Positions 22,001 through 30,749 of a stretch of 64,000 bases of DNA are shown one piece after another. Numbering within the stretch: the stretch's first letter is position 1; each line of letters begins with the position of its first letter. A model generated the notes under the pieces. That model was not told the DNA's origin. It saw only the letters and a program-made list of their open reading frames with translations, and did not search any database. The stretch spans positions 27,837,504 to 27,901,503 of the forward strand of contig OZ037765.1 in assembly GCA_964035545.1 (NCBI GenBank), in the 5' to 3' direction. The translations under genes were made by a program, and so were the position numbers. Origin of the DNA: Bugula neritina (lineage: Eukaryota; Animalia; Bryozoa).

Positions 22001-25000
22001 CTTCGACACCCTCAGTGCTAGGGTCAGGGGCGAGATGGAAGCATACGAAAGGGAATACGGCACCCTAGCTGACGGGTCGTGCCTTCCCTTCTATGGTATA
22101 ATTGAGCTGACGGGACGAGTCCGCGATCAAACGATCCAAGAGACGTTCATCGTCAGTCAGCTCAAGGAGGATGCTATCCTCGGGATGCCGTTCCTTAAAC
22201 GGCACGGATGTCACATAGATTTTAGCAGATCTGCAATGATGATGTCCGGGCGGGAACTCGCCTGCGTCGACAAGTTCGGCCGCCCTTTAGTGGGAGGTGT
22301 GCAAGTGGTACGCAACCGTACCATACCAGGCCGCTCCCGGGCTACCATTCACTGCAGGGTGAATAGTAACCGGATCTCTGGACTCGGGGTGGTTGAAGGC
22401 GCGCACGAAAAGATCCAACTTGCCAGCAGTCTGAATCAGCTGACTGAGCAAGGGGAGATCTTAGTGCAGTGCGTCAACCCCTTTACCGAGCCTATCAAGC
22501 TCCCGGCTGGGTCGATGCTGGGCCGTTTTCACTCTGTTCAGGAGGGAGACGTAGGCCCGTCGCTGGATGATGCGACGGAGGCACTCCCTCGACACCCTAT
22601 TCAGGGACGAGGGGCAGTCCCAACACATCTCCGGGAGTTATATGAAACAGCCAGTGGCGGCTGCGCGAGTAACAGGGAACGCCAAGCTATGGCTAAGTTA
22701 CTACGCGACTACGGTGATGTGTTCAGCAGCGGAGAGCATGACGTGGGACTGACTGGAATTGTCAGACACGAAATACCGCTGACTGCAGGGACAGTCCCTG
22801 TCCGGCAGCCCACGCGCAGGCTGGGGCCGGAGAAAGAGAAGGAGGTTAGCCGACAAGTACGGGATCTTCTGGACCGGGGACTGATAGAGCCCGCCCATAG
22901 TGCGTGGAGCTCGCCAGTCGTACTGGTCCGGAAGAAAGACGGCAGTTGGCGGTTCTGTGTGGACTACCGCAAACTCAATAGCGTAACCATACAGGACGCC
23001 TACCCTCTACCTCGTATTGACGAGTCATTGGACGCCCTAGCCGGCAGCAAGTACTTCAGTACGTTAGACTTGCTAAGCGGCTATTGGCAGGTTCCTCTGA
23101 GTCCCGACGCCCAAGAGAAAGCGGCGTTTATCACACGGGACGGTTTGTGGAAGTGGAAGGTGCTGCCCTTCGGGTTAACCTCCGCCCCAGCCACCTTCCA
23201 GAGGCTGATGGAACAAGTCCTTAGCGGACTCCATTGGAAGACACTGCTGGTCTACCTCGATGATGTCATCGTAATCTCTCCAGACTTCGAGACACATGTC
23301 AGTCGTCTGCAGGAGGTTTTCGAGAGACTCCGAGGTGCCGGTCTTAAGCTCAAACCTTCCAAGTGCGCTCTATTGCAGCCGGAGGTCAAGTACCTGGGGC
23401 ACGTTGTCGGTCGGAACGGCGTGGCAACGGATCCCGAAAAGGTACGGGCAGTAGAAGACTGGGTCACCCCCCAAGACTTGACCGGACTCCGGGCTTTCTT
23501 GGGGCTGGTAGGGTATTACAGGCAATACATACCAGACTTTGCGGGCATAGCCCAGCCGTTAAACCGGCTCACCGCAAAGGGAGTGACGTGGCAGTGGACT
23601 CCAGTCGAACAAGAAGCGTTCGACCGCCTCAAGGGCTGCCTCCTAATGGCGCCCATCTTGGCCTACCCAGACCCCACTCTGGAGTACATCCTAGACACGG
23701 ACGCCAGTGACCAGAATGTTGGCGCTGTGCTGTCACAAGTGCAGGAAGGCCGAGAGGTAGTAGTAGCCTACTACAGCAAGTCTCTCTCACCCGCTGAACG
23801 AAATTACTGCACTACCCGCAAGGAGCTGCTGGCAGTAATCAAGTCAGTGAAGCACTTCAGACCATACCTATATGGCAGGAAGTTCCGGCTGCGTACGGAT
23901 CATGCCTCGCTGATCTGGTTGTGCAGGAGAGCAGAGCCCTCTAGTCAGGTCGCCCGGTGGCTCGAAATCCTAGCTGAATTCTCATACCGGATCGAACATC
24001 GACCGGGCAAGAGACACAGCAATGCGGATGGGTTGAGTCGTCGACCTGACGGAGGTTGCAAACAGTGTCTCAACATCGAGAGGAGGGATGGAGGTCCCCC
24101 ACGATGCGAGTTGGAGACGCTGGCTCATCACGGAGCACCGTTTGACTGGGATCAAGGTCAACTCAGGCAAAGAGTTGATGAGTCCCCGGAGGATGTACAA
24201 AACCTCCGCGCCAACCCTGTACTGGCCGGTAATGTTCGAGAGCTGAAGAAGCTCCAAGAAGAGCTGCCTGGAGTCGTGGCGGACATATACCGGGCCAAAA
24301 GGGAAGGGCGACGACCCAGCGAGGAACGCATACGACAGGGATGCGCCGAATTCCGGCTATACTGTCAGCGTTGGGACTCGCTGCGGATCGGGCAGGATGG
24401 GTTACTAACCATCTCTCTAGCTGCCAGCGGCAGACACCCGGAAAGGAAGAGGGTGGTCTGCCCCACAGCCATCCGCCGTGAGTTGATTTGGGATACTCAC
24501 AAGCAGGCCCACGCAGGGGTCAAGCGAGTGATGTCCAAATTACGACTTCGGTGGTATTGGCCACAAATGGAGCGTGATGTCCGGCTCAGAGTCAAACAGT
24601 GTGAGATCTGCCAGGCCAGTAAGCATAGCCGCCCCCCTGGTGAAGCAGGACGGCGGAGGCTATACGCTGGTAGGCCCTGGCAAGTAGTCGCTGTAGACCT
24701 GGTCGGACCCATGCCCCTGACCTCCAGAGGCAATAATTGGATCCTAGTACTAACCGACCACTTTACTAGGTGGGCGGATGCTCTGGCTATCTCAGATGCA
24801 TCAGCCCCAACAGTGGCCAGGGCGCTAGACCAACATGTATTCTGTTATTTTGGGCTCCCCGAACAGATACACTCTGATCAAGGCGCTCAATTCCAGTCTC
24901 AACTGATGAGCGACCTTTGCCGCCTCTGGGGAGTAAATCAGAGCAGGACCACCCCCTACCACCCTCAAGGTAACGGGGTGGTGGAGCGCAACAACCGGAT

Positions 25001-28000
25001 GCTAGGTGATGCACTCCGGAGTCTCCTCCTTGGACGAGGTCAAGAGGAATGGGATACGGTGTTGCCGCAAGTCATGCGTGCATACCGTAGCACCCCACAC
25101 ACCAGTACTGGTGAGACCCCAAACCTCTTGATGCTCGGGAGAGAGACTCGTGTCCCTGACCATCTCACCTATCACGTTCCAGAGCAAGATAACTCAGTCC
25201 ACGAGTATGCCAGTGAACTAGTGGAACGGATGAAGGCCGCACACGATATACTGCGCCAACAGCAGTGGAAGGTGCGGCACGAAGATTCCGATGAACCACC
25301 CCTCTACCAGAGGGGAGATAAGGTGTGGATGGTCAATTACCGTAGGCGCCGCGGACAGGCTGATAAGCTGAAGCCTAAGTTCGTGGGCCCCTACGTGGTT
25401 GTCGAGGCTATGCCCAATCATACGTACAAGATTGAGCGCTCAGGACAGGTATCTATCCAGAATGAGTCTCGCTTGAAACCGTATTGGGCTAGCCCCGGCG
25501 GAGTGGGAGAAGCCCCCCCGTTGTTAGAGCCCAGGAGGCAGACAACAACGCGCGGGCGACGGCGGCATGGACCTGAATACGAAGTGGTCATACCGCGGGA
25601 GGAAAACTTGGTGAGAGAGGAGCGGCAGCTTTTGTCAACAGAAGCGTGTCCGCCACCGCCAAGTCTAATTCCATCACTTCCAGAAACCGTGCCGGTTCCG
25701 GAAGTGCAAACCCCCACGGAGGGAGGGGCTCCATTCGGAGAACAAGAAGAGGTGACTGCTGACGGTGAAGTAGAGACGCCATTAGAGGCCCCTACTAACA
25801 AACCGGCAAGCGTGTCACCCCCCCTAGAAAGGGGACAGCGTACGAGGCAACCCCCCGCATACTTGAAGGACTTCGTATGTGACTGCGTTAAAAGCGGCAC
25901 GCATGAAAGTCTAGGGGAAAACCGTACGAGAAAAGAATCGAGCAAATGTGGGAGTTGTCAACACCACGGAAATATCAACTTTTGCATCGGCGGAAATAGA
26001 AATGAAATTCATCCGCCGGGTGCACAAAGTCTTAATCACGCACCCCAACCACGTTGCTCGATCTTTTCATACGCTGATGCAGTCAGGAGTAGACGTGTTT
26101 CTAAGCAGTAGTTCAAACCATTTCACACATTCAGTATGTCTTACGACAACAGATCGTGGGGTGAGTTAACTATATCTTAATACGAAACTAGATTGCATCG
26201 CTCAGCTCTGACTCACTGAGTCAATCGAGCTGGAGATAGGTTAGTGAAATACCGTAGTAAGAACTCAGTTGACTTAGAGATTTTTATAATCTCATTGCAA
26301 TACGTGTTCTATCTGACTATTCACTACCATAAATCTCTACGAGGTAACTGAATTAGGAGTTGCCAAGCTGTTCAAGCTGACAACACAGCAGTGTACTGTA
26401 TTAACACTGTTGAAACTTTTTCAGATTACACTCGACCCGCTACAACCAGGGTACGGGATAGAACACTTCCCGCTCCGTATCCAGAGGAGTATGCTAGCGG
26501 TGACCGGCCTGAGCCACTACGCCGCCGTTGGCGGTGGGTGTCTCCACAAACAGAAGAAAAAATAGAAACAGCCTGGGGGTCCAGAGGACGGACGAGATGC
26601 CAGATCTGTGGTGAAGATTGCGCCTCTCACCGCTCCCTTAAACTACACGTCAATGCTCATCTCCTACTGACATTCTGCCCCTGCGGGTACAATGATGTGT
26701 ATCCCTACCCCGTCACCAGACACAGAGCGGCGGGCTGTTTCCCTGGAGAAAACTACGTGGTCGACGCTAAGCTATACCCGGAGTTCCTCACACTTATACG
26801 ACCTCTGGTGAAGAAGGCCATGCTGTTAGCCGTTCTGTCCTCGGGGTTCCAACGTGTGTTAGACAACGCCCGCCAACAATCCCCGTTGGTGTCTGACCGC
26901 CCTCAAATCACATACACCCCCGAGGAAACTACATATCCAGAAGAAGGAGAGATCTCCCCTACCCCGGCGAAGAGACGAACCAAGTCCCCCAGTCCACCCT
27001 TGCGCCGCAGACGGACACCGTCCCCCGACCCAGTCCGCCTAGCCACAGTAGAAGAACGCCTCCTGCGATTACAAGAAGAATTCACCCAGCTGGCACCAGA
27101 TCTACTTAACACTACAACCGGACTCTTCCAGCTAAAGGGATCCGTATGCCGTATGAAACGGAAACTGCGTACATGCCAAGCCAAGCACCGGCGTGCCCAA
27201 CAAGGACTCTAGTTAGGCTACCCAGAATACTCTGCAACTTCACATCTTGTGAGGAACCAAGATCTCGTGCAAATGCTTAACTGCTAGACAGGTTATTCCT
27301 TGTCTAATACCACAGCTAGCTAGTATTCCTCGTCTATCTACAGCTGGCCAATTGTATGCAACGGATCGTTACGATGACTCTGTATTATTATTATGTCTCT
27401 TCCTGTATATTATGTGTTATTTTTGTCCACTGATGTATGTAGTTATTAATGAATGTTTTTTTATATATATCAGAAAGATGGCTTTCTGCTGGTGGGGGCG
27501 GTGTGGTGGTTCGTGGAACTACCAGCAGCACAACATGTAGGGTCGCGTAACTGACCCGGAACAATGGATAGCCAATTAGCGTAGTTGATAGTTAGCAGCA
27601 ATTGTAGTTTCCCGCTGCTAACTCAGTCGAAGCTAGAGTGTGAAATAGATTAGATGTGTAACTTGTTTGGAAATAATGTATCGTTTTTATGATGTATAAT
27701 TGTGTGTAAAATATACTCGTTCACTCGACTTATCCTGGTGCAGTTCTATAGTAAATAAATAGACTCTCTGGATAGCACATCAACCCTAAATCTGAAAATC
27801 TTAACAATAGTGCAATAAAATGTTTATTTTCTAGTGTATAAGTTATACATTTACTTTTTTTGCTAAATCAACATTATAGATGCTGTAAATAAACAAATAT
27901 ACAGTAAGTAAAATAGTAGAAAGTTATGTTTGCACTTTTTCACCCTAGCTGACTTAAGTAAACACACCTAACTTTCTATATTCATCGTATCACAGCATTT

Positions 28001-30164
28001 TAGTCATTTACAGCAATGGAAGCCAAAGAATTTACAATCTAAGTCATCTAAACAGTCATCAATTGCCACTAATTCCAACTCTGTGACTGAGTCAGCCAAA
28101 GCAACAGAAGTTTGCAGAGAAAATGATGGACAGGTAAACGAAGAGGAGTTGCCAACATCTGGTGAGCTGCTGCTGTACTGGAGAGAGTTTAGTTTCTCAA
28201 CTAGTCCCCCCTATCCTCGTAGTAACTGAATCTATTGTCAGCAGCATTATCTGTAGTCTTGTTATGCAGAAATATTATTAATATGTAGCTTCCAATAACT
28301 CAAAGCTTTTTGATTAGCTGAGATTTCGATAGAGATAGGGGAGAATAAGTATGGAAGAATCAAGAATATAGCAATACCTGTGGTGGTATTTTTCATAATT
28401 ATTTGCAGACAAATCTTTAGCATATGATGGAAGCAAAACTGTTAATAAACATGTAATAGTTTTGCTTACTTTTTTATTTTAAACATTCTAATTATTATTG
28501 CTCTTATGACTCTATTATGAGTAAATTGAAACGTCCTTTAATGCTTATTTTAGTTTTTGAAGTCTCATTTTCATGTCATTTTTATAAATATTCATTATAA
28601 GGAATGTCAGTCTATATTAGTCAATTTACTGATTAGTATTGAATATTTGTAAAGCTGATAAGTTGATTTTATTGTAGGGTGTACACAGGGTTTGCTGGAC
28701 AAATTTAGCGAGATGAATTCTAAAGGTGTTAAAGGCAATGCAGATGAGGTAAATGTTTAAATCAAGTATAGAACCAGCTGCATGTTGATTGTTTTATAAA
28801 AAAATTACCACGCATGAAGTCAAACTGTATAAAAACAGCTATCTATGAAACTCTAAAGCTGCAAAAAAAACAGACAAAAGTCATTAGATAATGCTAATAT
28901 TTTAAATATTTGATCGAACTTCAGCAGAATAATATAAAGTAATATAAACTATAACTGTTACAGCTAATATATGATTCTTGTAGTTTTCTTAAATGAATAG
29001 TTTGCCTCGAATGACTTTTTTCTTAGGCTAATGAAAGCTTAGAAAAGAACTGTAACAAAGAGAAACCTGAAAAGAAGAAAACCTCTGGAGGCCAACTCTC
29101 TGCTTTGTCTAGGTATTTCTTATCTTTTAATATAGTTTTTATACTTACAAGTGTAATACTAAATGAACTATATAGAAATTATTTGTTTTCGTAACAATAG
29201 AAAACAATTTCATTAGATACAAATTGCTGATTTACTAGTTATTTTATAACTTAGACCTTTAAACTTTTGTATCAATTGCTTTAAAGATATACAATTTCTT
29301 ATGCGCATACAAATGCTAACTCGATTTTGCACTCACATTGCTGTAATGCTTGTACAGGTTTAAACAAATGGAACAGAAGGACAATTCTAGTACTCAGCAT
29401 TATCCTTCTGCAGCAGCTCGAAAGGTAAACAGTTGAATATTGAAACTGAAAGTCTGTATGGAGCTGCAATGCATGTAATATCATGATCCAGGGTGCTAAT
29501 TGCACTCTGGTTTAGAAGTTTTGACCATTGAAATATAATTTAAAATATAAAGTTTACATAATAACATTGAATCCTAAAGTTGTTTTTTAACAGTTTTAAA
29601 TATCACATCACTTCAGCCAATGTACAATCAATGCGCTAATAAATTATATAAATTTTATTTAAATTTAAACTACTGAATATTCAATTTATATTAGCATATT
29701 TTTTGCAGCTTGAACATACTACCTAGTTTTAAATACTTCCATCTCCTTTACACTACAGTAATGCTAAAAGTTATAGTATTGCAGACCTGCACCTTGAGTT
29801 GCAAGTGATAAAACAACTATAAACATGGTCATATATTTATAGCCTTTGAGAGATGATCCAAAGAAGGTATGTAAAATAGTGTTTTGCCCTTGACCCCCAA
29901 GCCTGATGACCAACTGCCTGCATTTATTTGTGACTTCCATGTGTCCATATAATAATCAAATAAAACTTGTTCCACAATTTATGCAATCCTTTGCTTAGCT
30001 TTAAATTACACTTCATTGTATCTACAAAGTCATACAGCATTACACATTAAACTTTGTTTGATCTTATTTGCAGGTTTCGTAGAAGTTGGAGATGGCTGTT
30101 CAGTGCAACACTGCTAACAATTTTCTGTTATTTGCTACTCAGTGATATAAATATTCAAACATAG
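16045..30164 (+). CDS. Uncharacterised multi-exon protein with four approximately 40-aa repeats (ExxP...VxRExD...EELPxxGxTKxLLxxF)
   Basis: Phase-consistent GT-AG exons: 16045-16564, 17673-17773, 17865-18016, 18380-18464, 19205-19373, 20026-20123, 28014-28161, 28678-28748, 29027-29112, 29358-29424, 29843-29866, and a last exon from 30074 (stop at 30082 or 30164 depending on isoform). The repeat is rebuilt across exon junctions, which supports the model. Confidence 0.8.
16941..17318. mobile_element. Foldback/MITE-like long inverted repeat (about 180-bp arms, 14-nt loop)
   Basis: 16941-17122 is the near reverse complement of 17137-17318, e.g. tagtacacactggaaatctccagtttttagcta versus tagctaaaaactggagatttccagtgtgtacta. 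Confidence 0.85.
19501..19802. mobile_element. Non-autonomous inverted-repeat element (MITE-like) with TGCCA subrepeats, a degenerate (CCCTAA)-like core and 10-bp flanking direct repeats
   Basis: Arm 19521-19579 pairs with about 19695-19752. CTTCAGACAT occurs at 19491-19500 and 19803-19812. Confidence 0.7.
20302..20606 (+). repeat. 5' LTR (305 bp)
   Basis: TGTGG...TTAACA, identical by eye to 27502-27806. Initiator-like TCAGTC at 20423, AATAAA at 20554, and a 9-bp stem GTTAGCAGC/GCTGCTAAC at 20391-20422. Confidence 0.98.
20608..20625 (+). promoter_or_regulatory. Primer-binding site complementary to the 3' end of tRNA-Leu
   Basis: TGGTGGCAGCAGTGGGAT lies 1 nt after the LTR. Its reverse complement ATCCCACTGCTGCCACCA matches animal tRNA-Leu(AAG/TAG)-type 3' ends plus CCA. 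Confidence 0.85.
20638..21591 (+). CDS. gag: Gag (317 aa) with CCHC zinc knuckle
   Basis: CWECGNQGHFRRYC fits CX2CX4HX4C; capsid-like APTFTGEEEVEQFI region; position right after the PBS. Confidence 0.93.
   Translation: METENAGTQPPAIEGERRDNAVETMPVNHVVEERRVPRELAEDRYRLKAPTFTGEEEVEQFIQEFSDVMDVAQWPPRVALLKLRMALMDKAKPYGLGVDIDNIFASLRARFGLSATDARARLQRLRRDPRTPLREHAAAVMKLAQIAYSDLPPVNRERYTLDAFIASVDDLGLHHQFLARGVTTVEDALTEGEAYLLANQMHKSRGSSRQVEIDRADTAAGQGEETPAAAAVSQLATASKVTQLTDMLAKLIATLTPQTPVSTAPEPMRPSAPPQGETVSFCWECGNQGHFRRYCPFLNQGLNYRGPQMFPPSAGRR
21480..26111 (+). CDS. pol: Pol polyprotein: aspartic protease, reverse transcriptase, RNase H, integrase (intact)
   Basis: LIDSGCTAN (PR); WRFCVDYRKLN, LPFGL, YLDD (RT); DTDAS, KELLAV, TDH (RH); H..H..CEIC, DLVGP, SDQG, VERNNR, PKFVGPY (IN). 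No stops over 1543 codons. Confidence 0.97.
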   Translation: MLGVRKSRTFPPILSLPKSGVKLPRPADVPTFRGPTMKPPGKKKRRSPRRVPRTGNQQWQQPRRTSKGLRPAAAFSMPLHNRFTGLQVQESGWEHTKVAENLASAPPRPTYHRPKRPPSRPKAREVLPARVRPEGRVQVQPHGNSYFLPGKLEGKAVTFLIDSGCTANLLSRQLFDTLSARVRGEMEAYEREYGTLADGSCLPFYGIIELTGRVRDQTIQETFIVSQLKEDAILGMPFLKRHGCHIDFSRSAMMMSGRELACVDKFGRPLVGGVQVVRNRTIPGRSRATIHCRVNSNRISGLGVVEGAHEKIQLASSLNQLTEQGEILVQCVNPFTEPIKLPAGSMLGRFHSVQEGDVGPSLDDATEALPRHPIQGRGAVPTHLRELYETASGGCASNRERQAMAKLLRDYGDVFSSGEHDVGLTGIVRHEIPLTAGTVPVRQPTRRLGPEKEKEVSRQVRDLLDRGLIEPAHSAWSSPVVLVRKKDGSWRFCVDYRKLNSVTIQDAYPLPRIDESLDALAGSKYFSTLDLLSGYWQVPLSPDAQEKAAFITRDGLWKWKVLPFGLTSAPATFQRLMEQVLSGLHWKTLLVYLDDVIVISPDFETHVSRLQEVFERLRGAGLKLKPSKCALLQPEVKYLGHVVGRNGVATDPEKVRAVEDWVTPQDLTGLRAFLGLVGYYRQYIPDFAGIAQPLNRLTAKGVTWQWTPVEQEAFDRLKGCLLMAPILAYPDPTLEYILDTDASDQNVGAVLSQVQEGREVVVAYYSKSLSPAERNYCTTRKELLAVIKSVKHFRPYLYGRKFRLRTDHASLIWLCRRAEPSSQVARWLEILAEFSYRIEHRPGKRHSNADGLSRRPDGGCKQCLNIERRDGGPPRCELETLAHHGAPFDWDQGQLRQRVDESPEDVQNLRANPVLAGNVRELKKLQEELPGVVADIYRAKREGRRPSEERIRQGCAEFRLYCQRWDSLRIGQDGLLTISLAASGRHPERKRVVCPTAIRRELIWDTHKQAHAGVKRVMSKLRLRWYWPQMERDVRLRVKQCEICQASKHSRPPGEAGRRRLYAGRPWQVVAVDLVGPMPLTSRGNNWILVLTDHFTRWADALAISDASAPTVARALDQHVFCYFGLPEQIHSDQGAQFQSQLMSDLCRLWGVNQSRTTPYHPQGNGVVERNNRMLGDALRSLLLGRGQEEWDTVLPQVMRAYRSTPHTSTGETPNLLMLGRETRVPDHLTYHVPEQDNSVHEYASELVERMKAAHDILRQQQWKVRHEDSDEPPLYQRGDKVWMVNYRRRRGQADKLKPKFVGPYVVVEAMPNHTYKIERSGQVSIQNESRLKPYWASPGGVGEAPPLLEPRRQTTTRGRRRHGPEYEVVIPREENLVREERQLLSTEACPPPPSLIPSLPETVPVPEVQTPTEGGAPFGEQEEVTADGEVETPLEAPTNKPASVSPPLERGQRTRQPPAYLKDFVCDCVKSGTHESLGENRTRKESSKCGSCQHHGNINFCIGGNRNEIHPPGAQSLNHAPQPRCSIFSYADAVRSRRVSKQ
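21540..21604 (+). promoter_or_regulatory. Predicted -1 ribosomal frameshift signal: G_UUA_AAC plus H-type pseudoknot
   Basis: Heptamer 21540-21546 in the gag frame, 5-nt spacer, stem 1 CGGCCCGC (21552-59)/GCGGGCCG (21577-84), and loop TTCCC (21565-69) able to pair with GGGAA (21600-04). Pol is in the -1 frame. Confidence 0.78.
26136..27212 (+). CDS. Retrotransposon ORF3: spliced zinc-finger / SP-R-rich / coiled-coil protein (about 270 aa), not env
   Basis: Exon 26136-26160 (MSYDNRSW+G), intron GTGAGT...TTTTTCAG at 26161-26424, exon 26425-27212 in frame. CQIC-x12-HVNAH C2H2 finger followed by CPC-x12-H-x4-C. Confidence 0.8.
27491..27501 (+). promoter_or_regulatory. Polypurine-tract-like G-rich primer site
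   Basis: GGTGGGGGCGG directly abuts the 3' LTR. Confidence 0.65.
27502..27806 (+). repeat. 3' LTR (305 bp)
   Basis: Exactly 7200 bp downstream of the 5' LTR; no mismatch seen. Confidence 0.98.
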
Positions 30165-30749
30165 ATCTAGACATTATTTTATGATTTCTCTGCAACTTAT
30201 ATCTTTGCTGCAAGATTTAAATAATGAAATACATTAGCACTTGGTTTTAAATATGTTCTGCTAAAACTTATTGGTAACTTGAAAATGATGTAATTTTTTG
30301 TTACACTGAGTGAAACTTAACATATATTTACGAATACATATTATTTATATAATGTATTGTTTGAAGGCGATTTCATCAACATTACCTTTTGTCTGGTGAG
30401 AGAATAAATACAGATAAGCAACTTCAACATAATGTTATGAATGTTTAGATGATGTATTGAGCAAAACTAATCGGGCTTAGCCTCCAAATAACAATAATAA
30501 TTAATATTAAATAACATTGCTGTACAGAACACAACCTTCATGATGAACACTACACTCCTCAAGTGATCAAATCGCAAATAAATACTTTTCTCATAATTCT
30601 AAATGATTTCTACCATGATTAACAGTTAAACATCTTACTAAGAGTTAAAATTCTTTGAGAGAAAAAATATTAAGTAAGACATCGTCGATTATGCAAGAAT
30701 ATAAATAAATAACAGAATACAATAATGTGTCTGGTACTGTGATACTATG

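Larger units (their letters stand above)
20302..27806 (+). mobile_element. Full-length Ty3/gypsy (Metaviridae) LTR retrotransposon, 7505 bp, three ORFs, in sense orientation in intron 6 of the repeat-protein gene
   Basis: TG...CA LTRs, 4-bp TSD ATAG (20298-20301 and 27807-27810), PBS, PPT, and PR-RT-RH-IN domain order. Confidence 0.98.

Noticed and set aside
25948-26169. 73-aa ORF overlapping the pol 3' end as the first exon of ORF3
   Set aside because: It reaches the 26161 donor in phase 0, out of frame with the phase-1 acceptor, and begins with GTG.
20776-27184. Many antisense and alternative-frame ORFs inside the retrotransposon (e.g. 25418-25945 minus)
   Set aside because: Expected shadows of GC-rich coding sequence; no recognisable motifs.
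26391-27212. ORF3 as an envelope gene, or starting at GTG 26391
   Set aside because: No signal peptide, fusion peptide or TM anchor is apparent. The first 11 codons overlap the polypyrimidine/acceptor region of the predicted intron.
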